Assembly (NCBI GenBank): GCA_964645545.1
Contig: CAZXZR010000001.1
Location: forward strand, 27,526 to 91,525
DNA: 64,000 nt
From: an uncultured Gammaproteobacteria bacterium
GTDB taxonomy: Bacteria > Patescibacteriota > Patescibacteriia > Patescibacteriales > UBA12465
Direction: 5' to 3'
The position numbers were made by a program, and so were the translations under genes. A model generated the notes under the pieces. The model saw only the letters and a list, made by a program, of their open reading frames with translations. It did no database searches and was not told the origin of the DNA. This document shows, piece by piece, positions 18,223 to 27,795 of the stretch. The number at the start of each line of letters is the position of its first letter. Positions within the stretch are counted from its first letter, which is position 1.

Positions 18223-18249
18223 TTAAATTATTTAAACATTCTCTTAGCT

Positions 18250-18855
18250 TCAAGCTCTGATTAAACGCGGCCGACTACCAGTGTAATCCCAGAGTCTTGA
18301 GGGCCGCCGGCGCGGCGCCGGGCCGGCATCAACAACTAAGTTCGGCTGTCCTAAGGCGACGGAAAAATATTTTTCCCAATTTTTTAAAGTGAGAAGCGGC
18401 TTATGACCGCTTAAATTCAAACTGGTGGAAATAAGCGGTTGTCCGACTGCCTTTATTATTTTAATTAAAAATTCACTTTTAGGCAAACGCAGGGCTAAGC
18501 CGCGAGCCGGCGGAAAAATCGCCTTGGGCAAAAGGCCGCGGGCAGGTAAAATAACCGTGGTCGGCCGCTTCTCCTCCCCCCAGATTTTTTTTAAAACCGC
18601 TTTTTTCTCTCCGCTAAGCATGGCGTATTTTGCCAATTGCTTAAAATCGCTTACTAAAACGATCGGCGCTTTGCTCGCTTGACGTTTTTTTAAAGAATAA
18701 ATTCTTTTTACCGCCCTTAAGTCATCGGCCCGGCAACTCAAGCCGTAAATCGTGTCCGTCGGCAAGATTAGCACCCGGCCCTTTTTTAAAGCGCCGGCGA
18801 TTAAACGAGTAAGGGCCGGCGGCACGCGTTTTAAATTTACTGACAAACGGCGCAT
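18250..18855 (-). CDS. tsaC: L-threonylcarbamoyladenylate synthase (TsaC/YrdC family).
   Basis: LILPTDTIYGLSC motif. YrdC-like length. Confidence 0.75.
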   Translation of the reverse strand: MRRLSVNLKRVPPALTRLIAGALKKGRVLILPTDTIYGLSCRADDLRAVKRIYSLKKRQASKAPIVLVSDFKQLAKYAMLSGEKKAVLKKIWGEEKRPTTVILPARGLLPKAIFPPARGLALRLPKSEFLIKIIKAVGQPLISTSLNLSGHKPLLTLKNWEKYFSVALGQPNLVVDAGPAPRRRPSRLWDYTGSRPRLIRA

Positions 18856-18859
18856 GGCT

Positions 18860-19411
18860 TTAAATTAAAGATTTCAAAGCTAACAAGGCCTGGGACAAAA
18901 ATGGCGTCGTCACTTCGGCGATTAAAACTAAGAATGGCGCCAGCTTGGAATTGACAACTTGATCGCCGAAAAAGTTGCCGAGCATGGAGTACTTAGCAAT
19001 CACCAAGAGAATGATACCCAAAAAAATGGCCCCGCTGATAAAACCGAAAATGGCGCCAAAAAGGTTGTCTAAATATTTACTGCCGGGAATAACGGCGATG
19101 AATTTAAAAACTTTTTTCAAAAAACGGAAAAGCAGATCCACCAGCCAGGCGACGACAAAGAAAAGGACCAAAAAACAAACAACTTTGGCTACATTCTCAT
19201 GACCGCCGGATAAACCTTGGGCGCGAGCGTATAAAAGCAAGTAATAATGGCTGGCGACGTAAGCCCCTAAAAATAGGCCGACGATTTGACCGACGGTGCG
19301 AATAAGTCCTTTAAACAGGCCGCTTAGAACAAAACCGCCTAAAATAATAATCAGGGAAATATCAAAAATAGACATATGATTATATAAATTATTGACTATT
19401 TTAGGGGACAA
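18860..19411 (-). CDS. cvpA: CvpA-family membrane protein.
   Basis: Four TM segments. The SHYY motif region resembles CvpA. Confidence 0.6.
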   Translation of the reverse strand: MSPKIVNNLYNHMSIFDISLIIILGGFVLSGLFKGLIRTVGQIVGLFLGAYVASHYYLLLYARAQGLSGGHENVAKVVCFLVLFFVVAWLVDLLFRFLKKVFKFIAVIPGSKYLDNLFGAIFGFISGAIFLGIILLVIAKYSMLGNFFGDQVVNSKLAPFLVLIAEVTTPFLSQALLALKSLI

Positions 19412-19414
19412 TCA

Positions 19415-20857
19415 TCAGAGCCGAGGAAAAAGAGGCTCACCTTTCTTAAAGCGCGGCGCGGAAAATTGCTCTTGTAATTTGGCAGCCGCTTCGGGCAAAA
19501 AAGGCTCTAAAAGATAAGCTAAATTCAAAAGTGTTTGCGCCAAGGGCAACAAAACCGCTTTTAGTTCTTTGGCCGCCGTCATTTTCCAGGGCGTTTTTCG
19601 GCTCAGCTCTTCATCACTGGCCCGTATTTTTTCCCACAAGACTTGTAAAGCTTCATTAAAGCGATAAGCGGCCATTTTGGCGTCAAAATCCTTAACGATG
19701 GCGAGAATATTTTTGTCTTTTAAATTAACTTTAAGTCCCCCGGGCAAATTATTCTTTTCCAGTAAATTGGCCAGGCGAGCGGCCAAATTGCCCAAGCCGT
19801 TGGCCAAATCGGCGTTATAGCGGGCCAAAAATTTTTCTTGGCTGTAATCGCCGTCCTCAAAAGGCGGTATTTCGGCCAATAAATAATAGCGCAGGGCATC
19901 GGCGCCGTATTTATCAGCCAGAACCAAGGGGTTGATAATATTGCCCAGGCTTTTGGAAATTTTCTGGCCATTGGTGGTTAAGAAGCCGAAAACCAAAACT
20001 TGGCGTTCCGGTTTTAGACCGGCTGACATCAGCATGGCCGGCCACATGGCCGCCTGCGGCCGCAAGTTATCCTTGCCGCAAACTTGAAGTCCGGGCCAAT
20101 AGCTTTTAAAATCGCCTCCTGTCTCGGGCCAGCCGAGGGTGGAGATATAGTTCACCAAAGCGTCAAACCAAACATACATTACCTGCTCGTCGTCGTCGGG
20201 CACACTGACGCCGTGCGGCATTTTATTTTTTAAACGGGAAATGCTGAAATCGGCCAAACCGGCGGCCACAAAAACCTTTATCTCTTTCAAGCGGCTTTCC
20301 GGCACGACGAAATCCGGCCGTTTTTCGTAAAGCCGCAATAATTTTTCCTGATAGCGGGAAAAGCGGAAAAAATAATTCTCCTCATTAATTATCTCTAGGG
20401 CCAAACTAGGATGCAAGGGACAACGGCCATTAACTAGTTCCGACTCTTTTTTTTCCATTTCGCAACCGACGCAATATTTGATTTGGTAATTCTTTTTATA
20501 AATGTCGCCGTTCTTTTGACAACGGCGCCAAAATTCTTGGGCGGCGGCGGCGTGGGCCGGATCGGTGGTGCGAATAAATTTGTTATAGGAAAGCTTTAAT
20601 TTTTCCTTTAGGGGCCGATATTTGGCCGAATACTGATCACAAAAGCTTTTCAGGTCCAAGCCCACTTCTTGGGCGCGTAAATAGATCTTAAGACCATGTT
20701 CATCCGTGCCCGTATTGAAAAAAACCTCTTCCCTGCGCTGGCGGGCTAAGCGCGCCAAAACGTCGGCCCGCACGATTTCGGCCGCGAAACCAAGATGCGG
20801 TTCGGAATTGATATAGGGCAAGGTGGTGGTGATGTAAAAATGTTTTTTGCTGGCCAT
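19415..20857 (-). CDS. metG: Methionyl-tRNA synthetase.
   Basis: HLGFAAEIVRADVLAR (HIGH region), KISKSLGN (KMSKS) and zinc knuckle cysteines. Confidence 0.9.
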   Translation of the reverse strand: MASKKHFYITTTLPYINSEPHLGFAAEIVRADVLARLARQRREEVFFNTGTDEHGLKIYLRAQEVGLDLKSFCDQYSAKYRPLKEKLKLSYNKFIRTTDPAHAAAAQEFWRRCQKNGDIYKKNYQIKYCVGCEMEKKESELVNGRCPLHPSLALEIINEENYFFRFSRYQEKLLRLYEKRPDFVVPESRLKEIKVFVAAGLADFSISRLKNKMPHGVSVPDDDEQVMYVWFDALVNYISTLGWPETGGDFKSYWPGLQVCGKDNLRPQAAMWPAMLMSAGLKPERQVLVFGFLTTNGQKISKSLGNIINPLVLADKYGADALRYYLLAEIPPFEDGDYSQEKFLARYNADLANGLGNLAARLANLLEKNNLPGGLKVNLKDKNILAIVKDFDAKMAAYRFNEALQVLWEKIRASDEELSRKTPWKMTAAKELKAVLLPLAQTLLNLAYLLEPFLPEAAAKLQEQFSAPRFKKGEPLFPRL

Positions 20858-20864
20858 AATTTTT

Positions 20865-21608
20865 TCAAATTTTCGACTTTTGCCGGCTGAATTTTCTTTT
20901 CTTAACTCCGGCCGGCTTTAGCAAAACTACGAACTCTCCCTTAAGCGCGCCCACTTCACTTTTGAGTGTTTTTAAGAGCTTAATTGGAGAACCGCTATAA
21001 AAACTTTCGTGCTTTTTGCTTAGTTCGCGCGCTAAAGCGACTTCTGGCGGCGCGCTCGCGCTTAACTTATCCAATTCGGCCAATAATTTCAAGACGCGGT
21101 GTTTGGATTCATATAAAACCGTGGGGTAAGAACTATTTAGAATTTCCTTTAGCCGGGTTTGTCGTCCCTTTTTATGGGGCAAGAAAGCGCCGAAGAAAAA
21201 ACGGTCAAAGCCGGGACCGGCCAAAGATAAAGCGGCTGTTAAGGCGCAAGGTCCGGGCAGACTAACGATTTCCACGCTGGCGCCCAATTTCTCCCGCACC
21301 ATTTTCACCAAGTTTGCGCCCGGATCGGAAATGCCCGGCGTGCCGGCGTCGCTTATCAAAGCTAAATGCTTGCCAGCTTTAAGCCAAGACAAAATTTGTT
21401 CAACTTTAAGATCGCCGGAATGCTGGTGATAGCTGAGAGTCGGCGTTTTAATCCCGTAATGAGTCAACAATTTCCGGCTGACACGCGTATCCTCGCATAA
21501 AATAAAATCGGCCTCTTCTAAGGTTTTTAGAGCCCGAAAGGTCAAATCGGCCAAATTGCCTATGGGCGTGGCCACTAAACTTAAAACGGCTTTAGCCATA
21601 AAACTCAC
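20865..21608 (-). CDS. rsmI: 16S rRNA (cytidine1402-2'-O)-methyltransferase RsmI.
   Basis: LSLVATPIGNLADLTFRALKTLEEADFILCEDTR is the N-terminal RsmI signature. Confidence 0.8.
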   Translation of the reverse strand: MSFMAKAVLSLVATPIGNLADLTFRALKTLEEADFILCEDTRVSRKLLTHYGIKTPTLSYHQHSGDLKVEQILSWLKAGKHLALISDAGTPGISDPGANLVKMVREKLGASVEIVSLPGPCALTAALSLAGPGFDRFFFGAFLPHKKGRQTRLKEILNSSYPTVLYESKHRVLKLLAELDKLSASAPPEVALARELSKKHESFYSGSPIKLLKTLKSEVGALKGEFVVLLKPAGVKKRKFSRQKSKI

Positions 21609-21613
21609 ACAAA

Positions 21614-23344
21614 TCAGCTCTCAATTCTCTCCCGGCGTTCGCGGACGTATTTAGTCCAGTCTTCGGCCACTTCAATAACGATCTTAAAGGGCGCTTCAAT
21701 AATAAAATCAAAGACGAAAATGAAAACATTGATTTTGGAAACGTTGTTGGATAGCCAACGGCCGACAAAAATAATCGGCATGTAGAAAAGATCAATCAAG
21801 AAAGTCAAAAGATTCTCATGGCGTTCTAGGACCATTAATTCCTTGACGCCCTTGGTGACAATGACGCTGAAAAAGCTGACCAAGGCGAGGAAGAAGAGAA
21901 AAATAATGATGCTCACCCAATTGAAATGGATAAAGGTCAAAACGCGGATGATGAAATAAATGGAAACGCAGAAAGCGGCCGCGTAAATAAGCTGGAAAAT
22001 GGCGGTTTTGATGAAATTACGGCGCGGCGGGCGACGCAAAATTAGCGGTTGTTTGCGGGCCGAACCGACGAAGGTGATTTCCTTGATGCCGGCGATGATC
22101 TTATTGGTATTGTCTTCTTGGGGCGTCGGCGTCAAGGCGACGATGAAAAATAAAAGAAGGGCGGGAAAGGAAACGTTAATGGCCAGAGATAAATAATTTA
22201 AATTTTGGTTGAACCATTGGATGGCCGGAATTTCTATTAAGACGGCGAAAATAGACTTGGTTAGAAAGATATAGATGATACTTCTCACCGCCGCCCGCCA
22301 GAGCCGGACCTTGGCCTTGCGGTAACGCGCCCGGCAAACGCTTTTGACCACCGCTGCGAAAGCACGTTCACCACTTTGTAAATCGTTATAGACTTTGACC
22401 GGATCGGTTTCCACCGTGTCGGCTAAAATCATGAAATAAAGGGAATAGAGACGAGTGATTTTATCTAATTGTTTCTTTAGGGGATGATTTAATTGCCGAT
22501 CTATTTCTCCTTTTAATTCTTCCAAATGACTACTTAACTCTTTTATTTTCCCCCGCTCAGCTTCTTTTAATCCCAAATGGCGGCTAAATTCCAGCCACTC
22601 GCCGTTATAGTATTTGAAGAGCACGAAACTTAACATATCCGGATCAAATTTCAAAAAAGTCCGGGCGATGCTCAAATAAATCTGGATGTCCAGGTCGCGC
22701 TCACGGGGTAAGTCTTCGGGTAATTTAATGTTCGCCGTCAAAACGGCAAACATGTTGTTGACAATAACTTGCTTAACGCGGTTGGGCGCTAAATTCTCTT
22801 CAATTTCGCAAGCGGCCAATTTAAAGAGCCAGCGGATAAGCTGATTTTTTCCTTTAATTAAATCCCGCACCCGATTAATGTCGGCTTTTAAATTCAGGTC
22901 GGCGTTAATCTTGGCGGCCAATTGATTTTTTAGATAAAGATATTTCTCTAAGATGGCGGCGATCTCACCGATTTTAGTTTCCGGCAATTTATTGTTGGGC
23001 AGATAACTGCCACGAATCAGTTCCTGCAAAAGCTGGCGGGCACTATCAACACTATGCGTTTCCTTGATCACGCCTTCAATCACCACTTGCCGCCGTAAAA
23101 TGCGGGCCATGGCGTTTTTACGCAACAAGTGCTCCTCTTCGTAATCAACGGCGTTACGCACTTTTTCATAGACAAAAGCCAAAGCCGAAACCAAAGAAGA
23201 AACCTTGATTTTCAGCCCCTCTTCCTCGCCTGTTTCTTTTTTATTTTTTTCGCTGTAAATCACCTGGAAAAGTTTTTTCGCGTTTTCGTTAAGCTCTAAG
23301 GGCGTCTCGCTCTCGTTTTTCCTGATTAAATTTGGGCTAACCAT
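21614..23344 (-). CDS. Hypothetical 576-aa protein with a soluble coiled-coil-rich N-terminal part and a polytopic C-terminal membrane domain.
   Basis: Long ORF, tightly spaced after rsmI, hydrophobic C-terminal third. No recognised motif. Confidence 0.55.
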   Translation of the reverse strand: MVSPNLIRKNESETPLELNENAKKLFQVIYSEKNKKETGEEEGLKIKVSSLVSALAFVYEKVRNAVDYEEEHLLRKNAMARILRRQVVIEGVIKETHSVDSARQLLQELIRGSYLPNNKLPETKIGEIAAILEKYLYLKNQLAAKINADLNLKADINRVRDLIKGKNQLIRWLFKLAACEIEENLAPNRVKQVIVNNMFAVLTANIKLPEDLPRERDLDIQIYLSIARTFLKFDPDMLSFVLFKYYNGEWLEFSRHLGLKEAERGKIKELSSHLEELKGEIDRQLNHPLKKQLDKITRLYSLYFMILADTVETDPVKVYNDLQSGERAFAAVVKSVCRARYRKAKVRLWRAAVRSIIYIFLTKSIFAVLIEIPAIQWFNQNLNYLSLAINVSFPALLLFFIVALTPTPQEDNTNKIIAGIKEITFVGSARKQPLILRRPPRRNFIKTAIFQLIYAAAFCVSIYFIIRVLTFIHFNWVSIIIFLFFLALVSFFSVIVTKGVKELMVLERHENLLTFLIDLFYMPIIFVGRWLSNNVSKINVFIFVFDFIIEAPFKIVIEVAEDWTKYVRERRERIES

Positions 23345-23418
23345 ATAAAAAATTGAACTAAAGTTTAGCTTAATATTATTTTAACCTCTTTAAGCCTAAA
23401 AAGCAAACGACCGTTCTC

Positions 23419-23447
23419 TTGACAGCGCTGCGGTTATTTTGTATCAT
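23419..23447 (+). promoter_or_regulatory. Sigma70-type promoter for the secE-nusG-rplK-rplA operon.
   Basis: TTGACA, 17-nt spacer, TATCAT. Confidence 0.55.
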
Positions 23448-23515
23448 TTATTTAGATAATAAAGTGGCCGCGAGGGCTATTTTTTAGATAGTTAGTTCGC
23501 GCCTCTTTCCTCCTT

Positions 23516-23701
23516 ATGAATAAATTGACCAAGTATATCAAGGAGTCGGTGGCGGAAATGAAAAAAGTCACTTGGCCGACGAAAAAAGAAACCTATAATT
23601 ACACGCTGTTAGTTATTGGCATTAGCTTGGCCGTGGCCCTGTTTTTAGGCGTTTTGGACTATATCTTCACTCAAGGTTTCCAATTTCTGGTCATTAAGTA
23701 A
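23516..23701 (+). CDS. secE: Preprotein translocase subunit SecE.
   Basis: 61 aa with a single TM segment. Conserved position upstream of nusG. KKVTWPTKKE motif. Confidence 0.85.
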   Translation: MNKLTKYIKESVAEMKKVTWPTKKETYNYTLLVIGISLAVALFLGVLDYIFTQGFQFLVIK

Positions 23702-23761
23702 AATAATAAAAATCAATTTTCCGCCGCTTTACTGCCGGCTTAAAATTAATTTTCCGCTTCT

Positions 23762-24307
23762 ATGGCCAAACAACTTTTAAATCAAGGCCGTCGCTGGTAC
23801 GTCATCCATACCTACTCCGGTTATGAAGAAAACGTCGCCCAAAACCTGAAGCAGAGGGTGGAATCTTTGGATATGGAAGACAAAATTTTTAACATTTTAA
23901 TTCCGACCGAGAAAAAGATAAAAATTAAAAACGGCAAACGCAAAGTCGTGGAGGAAAAAATTTTTCCCGGCTATATTCTCGTGGAAATGGAGGTCACGGA
24001 CGAATCTTGGTACATTGTCCGAAACACGCCCAACGTCACCGGCTTCATCGGCACCGGTACGATTCCCACGCCGATAAGCGAAGCCGAAGTCAAGGCTTTG
24101 CAAAAACGCATGGGCGTGGAAGAACCGAAATTTCAAATTGACGTCATCGTCGGCTCGCCAGTCAGGATAAACGAAGGTCCCTTCAAAAACATGGAGGGTA
24201 AGGTTACGGCCATTGACGAGGCTAAGGGTAAAGTCAAAGTTTCGGTGTCCATGTTCGGCCGGGAAACGCCGGTGGAGTTGGACTTTTTGCAAATCAAAAA
24301 AATCTAA
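23762..24307 (+). CDS. nusG: Transcription termination/antitermination factor NusG.
   Basis: NGN domain (WYVIHTYSGYE) and a C-terminal KOW motif. Confidence 0.9.
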   Translation: MAKQLLNQGRRWYVIHTYSGYEENVAQNLKQRVESLDMEDKIFNILIPTEKKIKIKNGKRKVVEEKIFPGYILVEMEVTDESWYIVRNTPNVTGFIGTGTIPTPISEAEVKALQKRMGVEEPKFQIDVIVGSPVRINEGPFKNMEGKVTAIDEAKGKVKVSVSMFGRETPVELDFLQIKKI

Positions 24308-24328
24308 AGGAAAGCGGCGCTTCTCCGC

Positions 24329-24763
24329 TTGTTTATTAATATGGCCAAAAAAATAAAAACTAAAATAAAATTGCAAATCGTCGGCGGCCAAGCGACGCCG
24401 GCGCCGCCTGTCGGTCCGGCCTTGGGCCAACACGGCTTAAACATTGCCGATTTCTGCAAGCAATTCAACGACCGCACAAAAACGAAAATCGGCGACGTCG
24501 TGCCCGCGGAAATCACGGTCTATGAAGACCGCAGCTTTGATTTTATCCTGAAAACGCCGCCGGCCGTGGAACTAATAAAAAAAGCGGCGAAAATCGCCAA
24601 AGGTTCGGGCAAGCCTTTAAGCGAAAAAATCGGTAACATCACTGACGCCCAACTGGAAGAAATCGCCCAGATAAAAATGCCCGATTTGAACGCCCATGAT
24701 TTAGAGGCGGCAAAAAAAATCATTGCCGGCACGGCCCGGCAAATGGGTATCGAGATAAAATAA
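24329..24763 (+). CDS. rplK: 50S ribosomal protein L11.
   Basis: [26 protein letters not shown]. Confidence 0.92.
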   Translation: MFINMAKKIKTKIKLQIVGGQATPAPPVGPALGQHGLNIADFCKQFNDRTKTKIGDVVPAEITVYEDRSFDFILKTPPAVELIKKAAKIAKGSGKPLSEKIGNITDAQLEEIAQIKMPDLNAHDLEAAKKIIAGTARQMGIEIK

Positions 24764-24772
24764 TTTAATTAA

Positions 24773-25588
24773 TTGTGGGAGCGACCGCCGGCCGCGTTAA
24801 GACCACGAAAAAATATGTCCAACGACAAAAACGAAGAGAAAAAAACGGAAACGGAAAAAGAAAAACTTCCGAAAAGCACGGCAAAAAAGGCCCCGCTTAA
24901 AGCGGAGGGAAAAAGGAGCAAGGCCAAAGCCGATTACGGCGCCATCTACGACCGCCAGCGCTCCTATCCGATCGCCGAGGCCCTGGCCATCGTCAAAAAA
25001 CTGACCAAGACCAAATTCGACGCCTCGGTGGAAGTCCATTTCCGCCTGGGCATTGACACGAAAAAAGGCGACCAGCAGGTCAGGGGCGCCGTCAGCCTGC
25101 CTTTCGGCACGGGCAAGGCCGTCAAGGTGGCGGCTTTCGTCAGCCCGAAAAACGAAGCGGCGGCCAAAGCGGCCGGCGCGGATTTCGTCGGTGGCGACGA
25201 CCTAATCAATCAAATAAAGAAAACGGGGAAGACGGATTTCCAGGTGGCCGTGGCCGAACCGGCCCTGATGAAGAACCTGGCCGTCATCGCCAAGATCCTG
25301 GGCACGCGCGGCCTGATGCCCTCGCCCAAGAACGAGACCGTCTCCCCCAACCCGGCCAAGACCGTGGCCGAGCTCAAGAAAGGCAAGATCAGCTTCAAGA
25401 ACGACGATACCGGCAACGTCCACACGGTCATCGGCAAAGTCAGCTTCGCTCCGGAAAATCTCCTGGAGAATTACCAGGCCCTTTTCCAGACCCTCGTCAA
25501 AAGCAAGCCGGCTTCCGCCAAGGGCGTCTTCATCAAGAACATCAGCCTTTCCTCGTCCATGAGCCCGGGAGTGAGAGTCAGCCTCTAA
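24773..25588 (+). CDS. rplA: 50S ribosomal protein L1 with a Lys-rich N-terminal extension. The ORF track gives a TTG start at 24773; an ATG at 24815 is an alternative.
   Basis: KFDASVEVHFRLGIDTKKGDQQVRGAVSLPFGTGK. Confidence 0.88.
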   Translation: MWERPPAALRPRKNMSNDKNEEKKTETEKEKLPKSTAKKAPLKAEGKRSKAKADYGAIYDRQRSYPIAEALAIVKKLTKTKFDASVEVHFRLGIDTKKGDQQVRGAVSLPFGTGKAVKVAAFVSPKNEAAAKAAGADFVGGDDLINQIKKTGKTDFQVAVAEPALMKNLAVIAKILGTRGLMPSPKNETVSPNPAKTVAELKKGKISFKNDDTGNVHTVIGKVSFAPENLLENYQALFQTLVKSKPASAKGVFIKNISLSSSMSPGVRVSL

Positions 25589-25607
25589 ATACTACCATTT
25601 CCATATC

Positions 25608-25636
25608 TCAAAACCGGCCCAGTAAGCCGGTTTTTG
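25608..25636 (+). terminator. Intrinsic terminator ending the L11 operon after rplA.
   Basis: AAACCGGC-ccagtaa-GCCGGTTT followed by TTT. Confidence 0.65.
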
Positions 25637-25637
25637 A

Positions 25638-25666
25638 TTGACAAAAGGCAAAATACCGACTAAGAT
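25638..25666 (+). promoter_or_regulatory. Promoter for purB.
   Basis: TTGACA, 17 nt, TAAGAT. SD AAGGAGGG lies before the ATG at 25726. Confidence 0.5.
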
Positions 25667-25725
25667 ACTATATTCTTTCAGAACCTTAACAAACCAAGTA
25701 TAAACCACAAAAGCAAGGAGGGATT

Positions 25726-27261
25726 ATGCACCCCAGATATCAAGATTCTACCATCACCGAACTTTTCGGCGATGAACATAAACTGAACCTTTGACAGACG
25801 GTCGAACGAGTCGTCTTGCAAGCCAAGTCAAACCTCGGCCTGATTCCCAAGGAAACCTATATCCAAATGAGGGATATACTCACGGAAAACAAGATTGACC
25901 TGGAATGGTGGAAAAATCGCGACCAGGAGATCGGCCATGATTTGAACGCCTTTTTGGATGAACGCTTGCGAATACTGCCGCCCCAATTCCACCAGTACTA
26001 TCACAAGAAGATGACTTCCTACGACACCGAAGAGTCGCCTTTCGCCATCACCTTGCAGGAAAGCCTGGAAAAAGTGGGAAAACTGAGCCAGGAACTCATG
26101 GATACTTTGAAGGCTTTGAGCCAGCGCTATCGCTATACCATAATGATCGGCCGGACCCATGGCCAGGCCGCCGAATTGCAAACTTTCGGCAAACGCGTCC
26201 TGACTTGGTTCAAGGACTGCCGGATAGCCTACGACGCCCTGATAGCTTCCATGGATATCCTGGAATTTTCCAAGTTGTCCGGCGCCATTGGCAACTACGG
26301 CAGTTTGTCCCCGGAAGTGGAGGCTGAAGCCTTGCGGATCTTGGGATTAAAGCCGTATTACGGCGCGACCCAAATCATGCCTCGCGTCCTCTACGCGCCC
26401 ATTGCCCAGAGTCTCTGCAACCTGGCGCTGGTAATCCACAAGATCGCCCTCGACATCAGGTTGAATTCCAGAAGCGGCCTGCCCCTGCTCCAGGAACCTT
26501 TCGGCAAGAAGCAGAAAGGCTCCTCGGCCATGCCCCAGAAGAAAAACCCGATTTTACTGGAACAGGCGGAGGGCCTGGCTCGGATGGCCAAGGGCTATAT
26601 GAACATGATTACCGACGACATCGTCACTTGGGAAGAACGGGCAATCGAGCAATCCGGCGTGGAACGCGTCGCTTGGCCCGATATCTTCCATGTCGTCATC
26701 CGGGCCTTGACCGTCATGAAAAAAGTCTTAAGCGGCCTGACGGTCTATCCGGACAATATGCTGCAGGAAGTCATTGAAGCCCGCGGCACTTATGCCGCCA
26801 GCGAAGTCACGGAATTCCTAAAAGCGAACTTGAGCGATTCCGGCTTAAGCTACGAGGACGTTTACCGTCTGGTCCAATTGGCCTGCTTCAATGTTTTTGA
26901 ATCTTCGCCGTTAAAGCTGTCCATTCGCGGTTGTCCCGCAGAATCCTTACTGGAAGCGGCTAACCAATTGAAAGCGCTGTCGCAACAGCGGGACGGAAGG
27001 TCGCGCTATAAGAAGGAGCCGATGATCAGTCTTGAGGACTTTATCCCTAAGGGGGAACTAAGGGTTTCGGAGGAATTGGATATTAGTCCAGAAAATGTGA
27101 CCCTGTATAACGGCTGCCTGAAGGATCTTTTCCCGGCGGCCGGCGATCCCGAAAGTGAAAGAGAGCGGCGGGAAATCCTGGCGGCGTGGCACCAAATTTT
27201 CACGCCCGAATTCCTGCTTAGGCATGAGGCCGTCCTTTACTGGCACATCTTGGCCGAGTAA
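25726..27261 (+). CDS. purB: Adenylosuccinate lyase. The frame is interrupted by an in-frame TGA (25792-25794) at the position of a conserved Trp. The downstream frame continues and the ORF track restarts at TTG 25816.
   Basis: N-terminus MHPRYQDSTITELFGDEHKLNL-stop-QTVERVVLQAKSNLGLIPKE aligns to the canonical PurB N-terminus. Lyase signature GSSAMPQKKNP. Confidence 0.75.
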
Positions 27262-27290
27262 AAAATTTCCTTGCGAACGCGAATTTTAAA

Positions 27291-27317
27291 GGCGTCGGCT
27301 AAACCCCGGCGCTTTTT
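27291..27317 (+). terminator. Intrinsic terminator after purB.
   Basis: CGTCGG-ctaaacc-CCGGCG followed by TTTTT. Confidence 0.5.
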
Positions 27318-27342
27318 AAAATAGCCGGCTCCGGCCCTGCCC

Positions 27343-27371
27343 TTGACTTTTTCCTGGGAATAATCTATAGT
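27343..27371 (+). promoter_or_regulatory. Promoter for the RRM protein gene.
   Basis: TTGACT, 17 nt, TATAGT. Confidence 0.55.
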
Positions 27372-27395
27372 TATATTCGGTAAGCAATTTTTAAG

Positions 27396-27422
27396 GAAAG
27401 AGCGGACCAAAGCCGCTCTTTC
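27396..27422 (+). promoter_or_regulatory. Stable hairpin in the 5' leader of the RRM gene (GAAAGAGCGG-accaaag-CCGCTCTTTC followed by TTT). It may be an attenuator or an autoregulatory structure.
   Basis: Seen directly, about 50 nt upstream of the ATG. Confidence 0.4.
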
Positions 27423-27471
27423 TTTACTAAAAAGGTCGTCTTACAATTTATAAACAGTTAGAACAAATCAG

Positions 27472-27729
27472 ATGAAAAAATTATTTGTTGGCGGTCTGTC
27501 TTTCAACACGACCGAGGAAGGCCTGGCGGAAGCTTTCGCCAAGGCCGGCCAGGTCGTCTCCGCCGTGATTATCACCGACCGCCTGACGCATCGCTCCAAA
27601 GGTTTCGGTTTCGTGGAAATGACCAATGACGAAGAAGCGGAAAAGGCCATCACCATGTACAACGGCCAGGAACTGGACGGACGCCGTATTGTCGTCAACG
27701 AAGCCCGTCCTTTGGAAAAGAGATTTTAA
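27472..27729 (+). CDS. RRM-type RNA-binding protein (glycine-poor).
   Basis: RNP-2 LFVGGL and RNP-1 KGFGFVEM. Confidence 0.88.
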   Translation: MKKLFVGGLSFNTTEEGLAEAFAKAGQVVSAVIITDRLTHRSKGFGFVEMTNDEEAEKAITMYNGQELDGRRIVVNEARPLEKRF

Positions 27730-27757
27730 AATCTTTCCTTCCAGGATAAGCGAAATC

Positions 27758-27787
27758 AAAAAAAACGCCCCGTTAGGGGCGTTTTTG
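27758..27787. terminator. Bidirectional intrinsic terminator.
   Basis: AAAAAACGCCCC-gtta-GGGGCGTTTTT. Confidence 0.75.
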
Positions 27788-27795
27788 TTGTATCT

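Noticed and set aside
25792-25794. UGA reassignment (genetic code 4 or 25) as the explanation for the in-frame TGA in purB
   Set aside because: serS and xerC in this same window terminate at TGA with sensible C-termini, and serS TGA overlaps the next gene's ATG, so TGA functions as a stop here.
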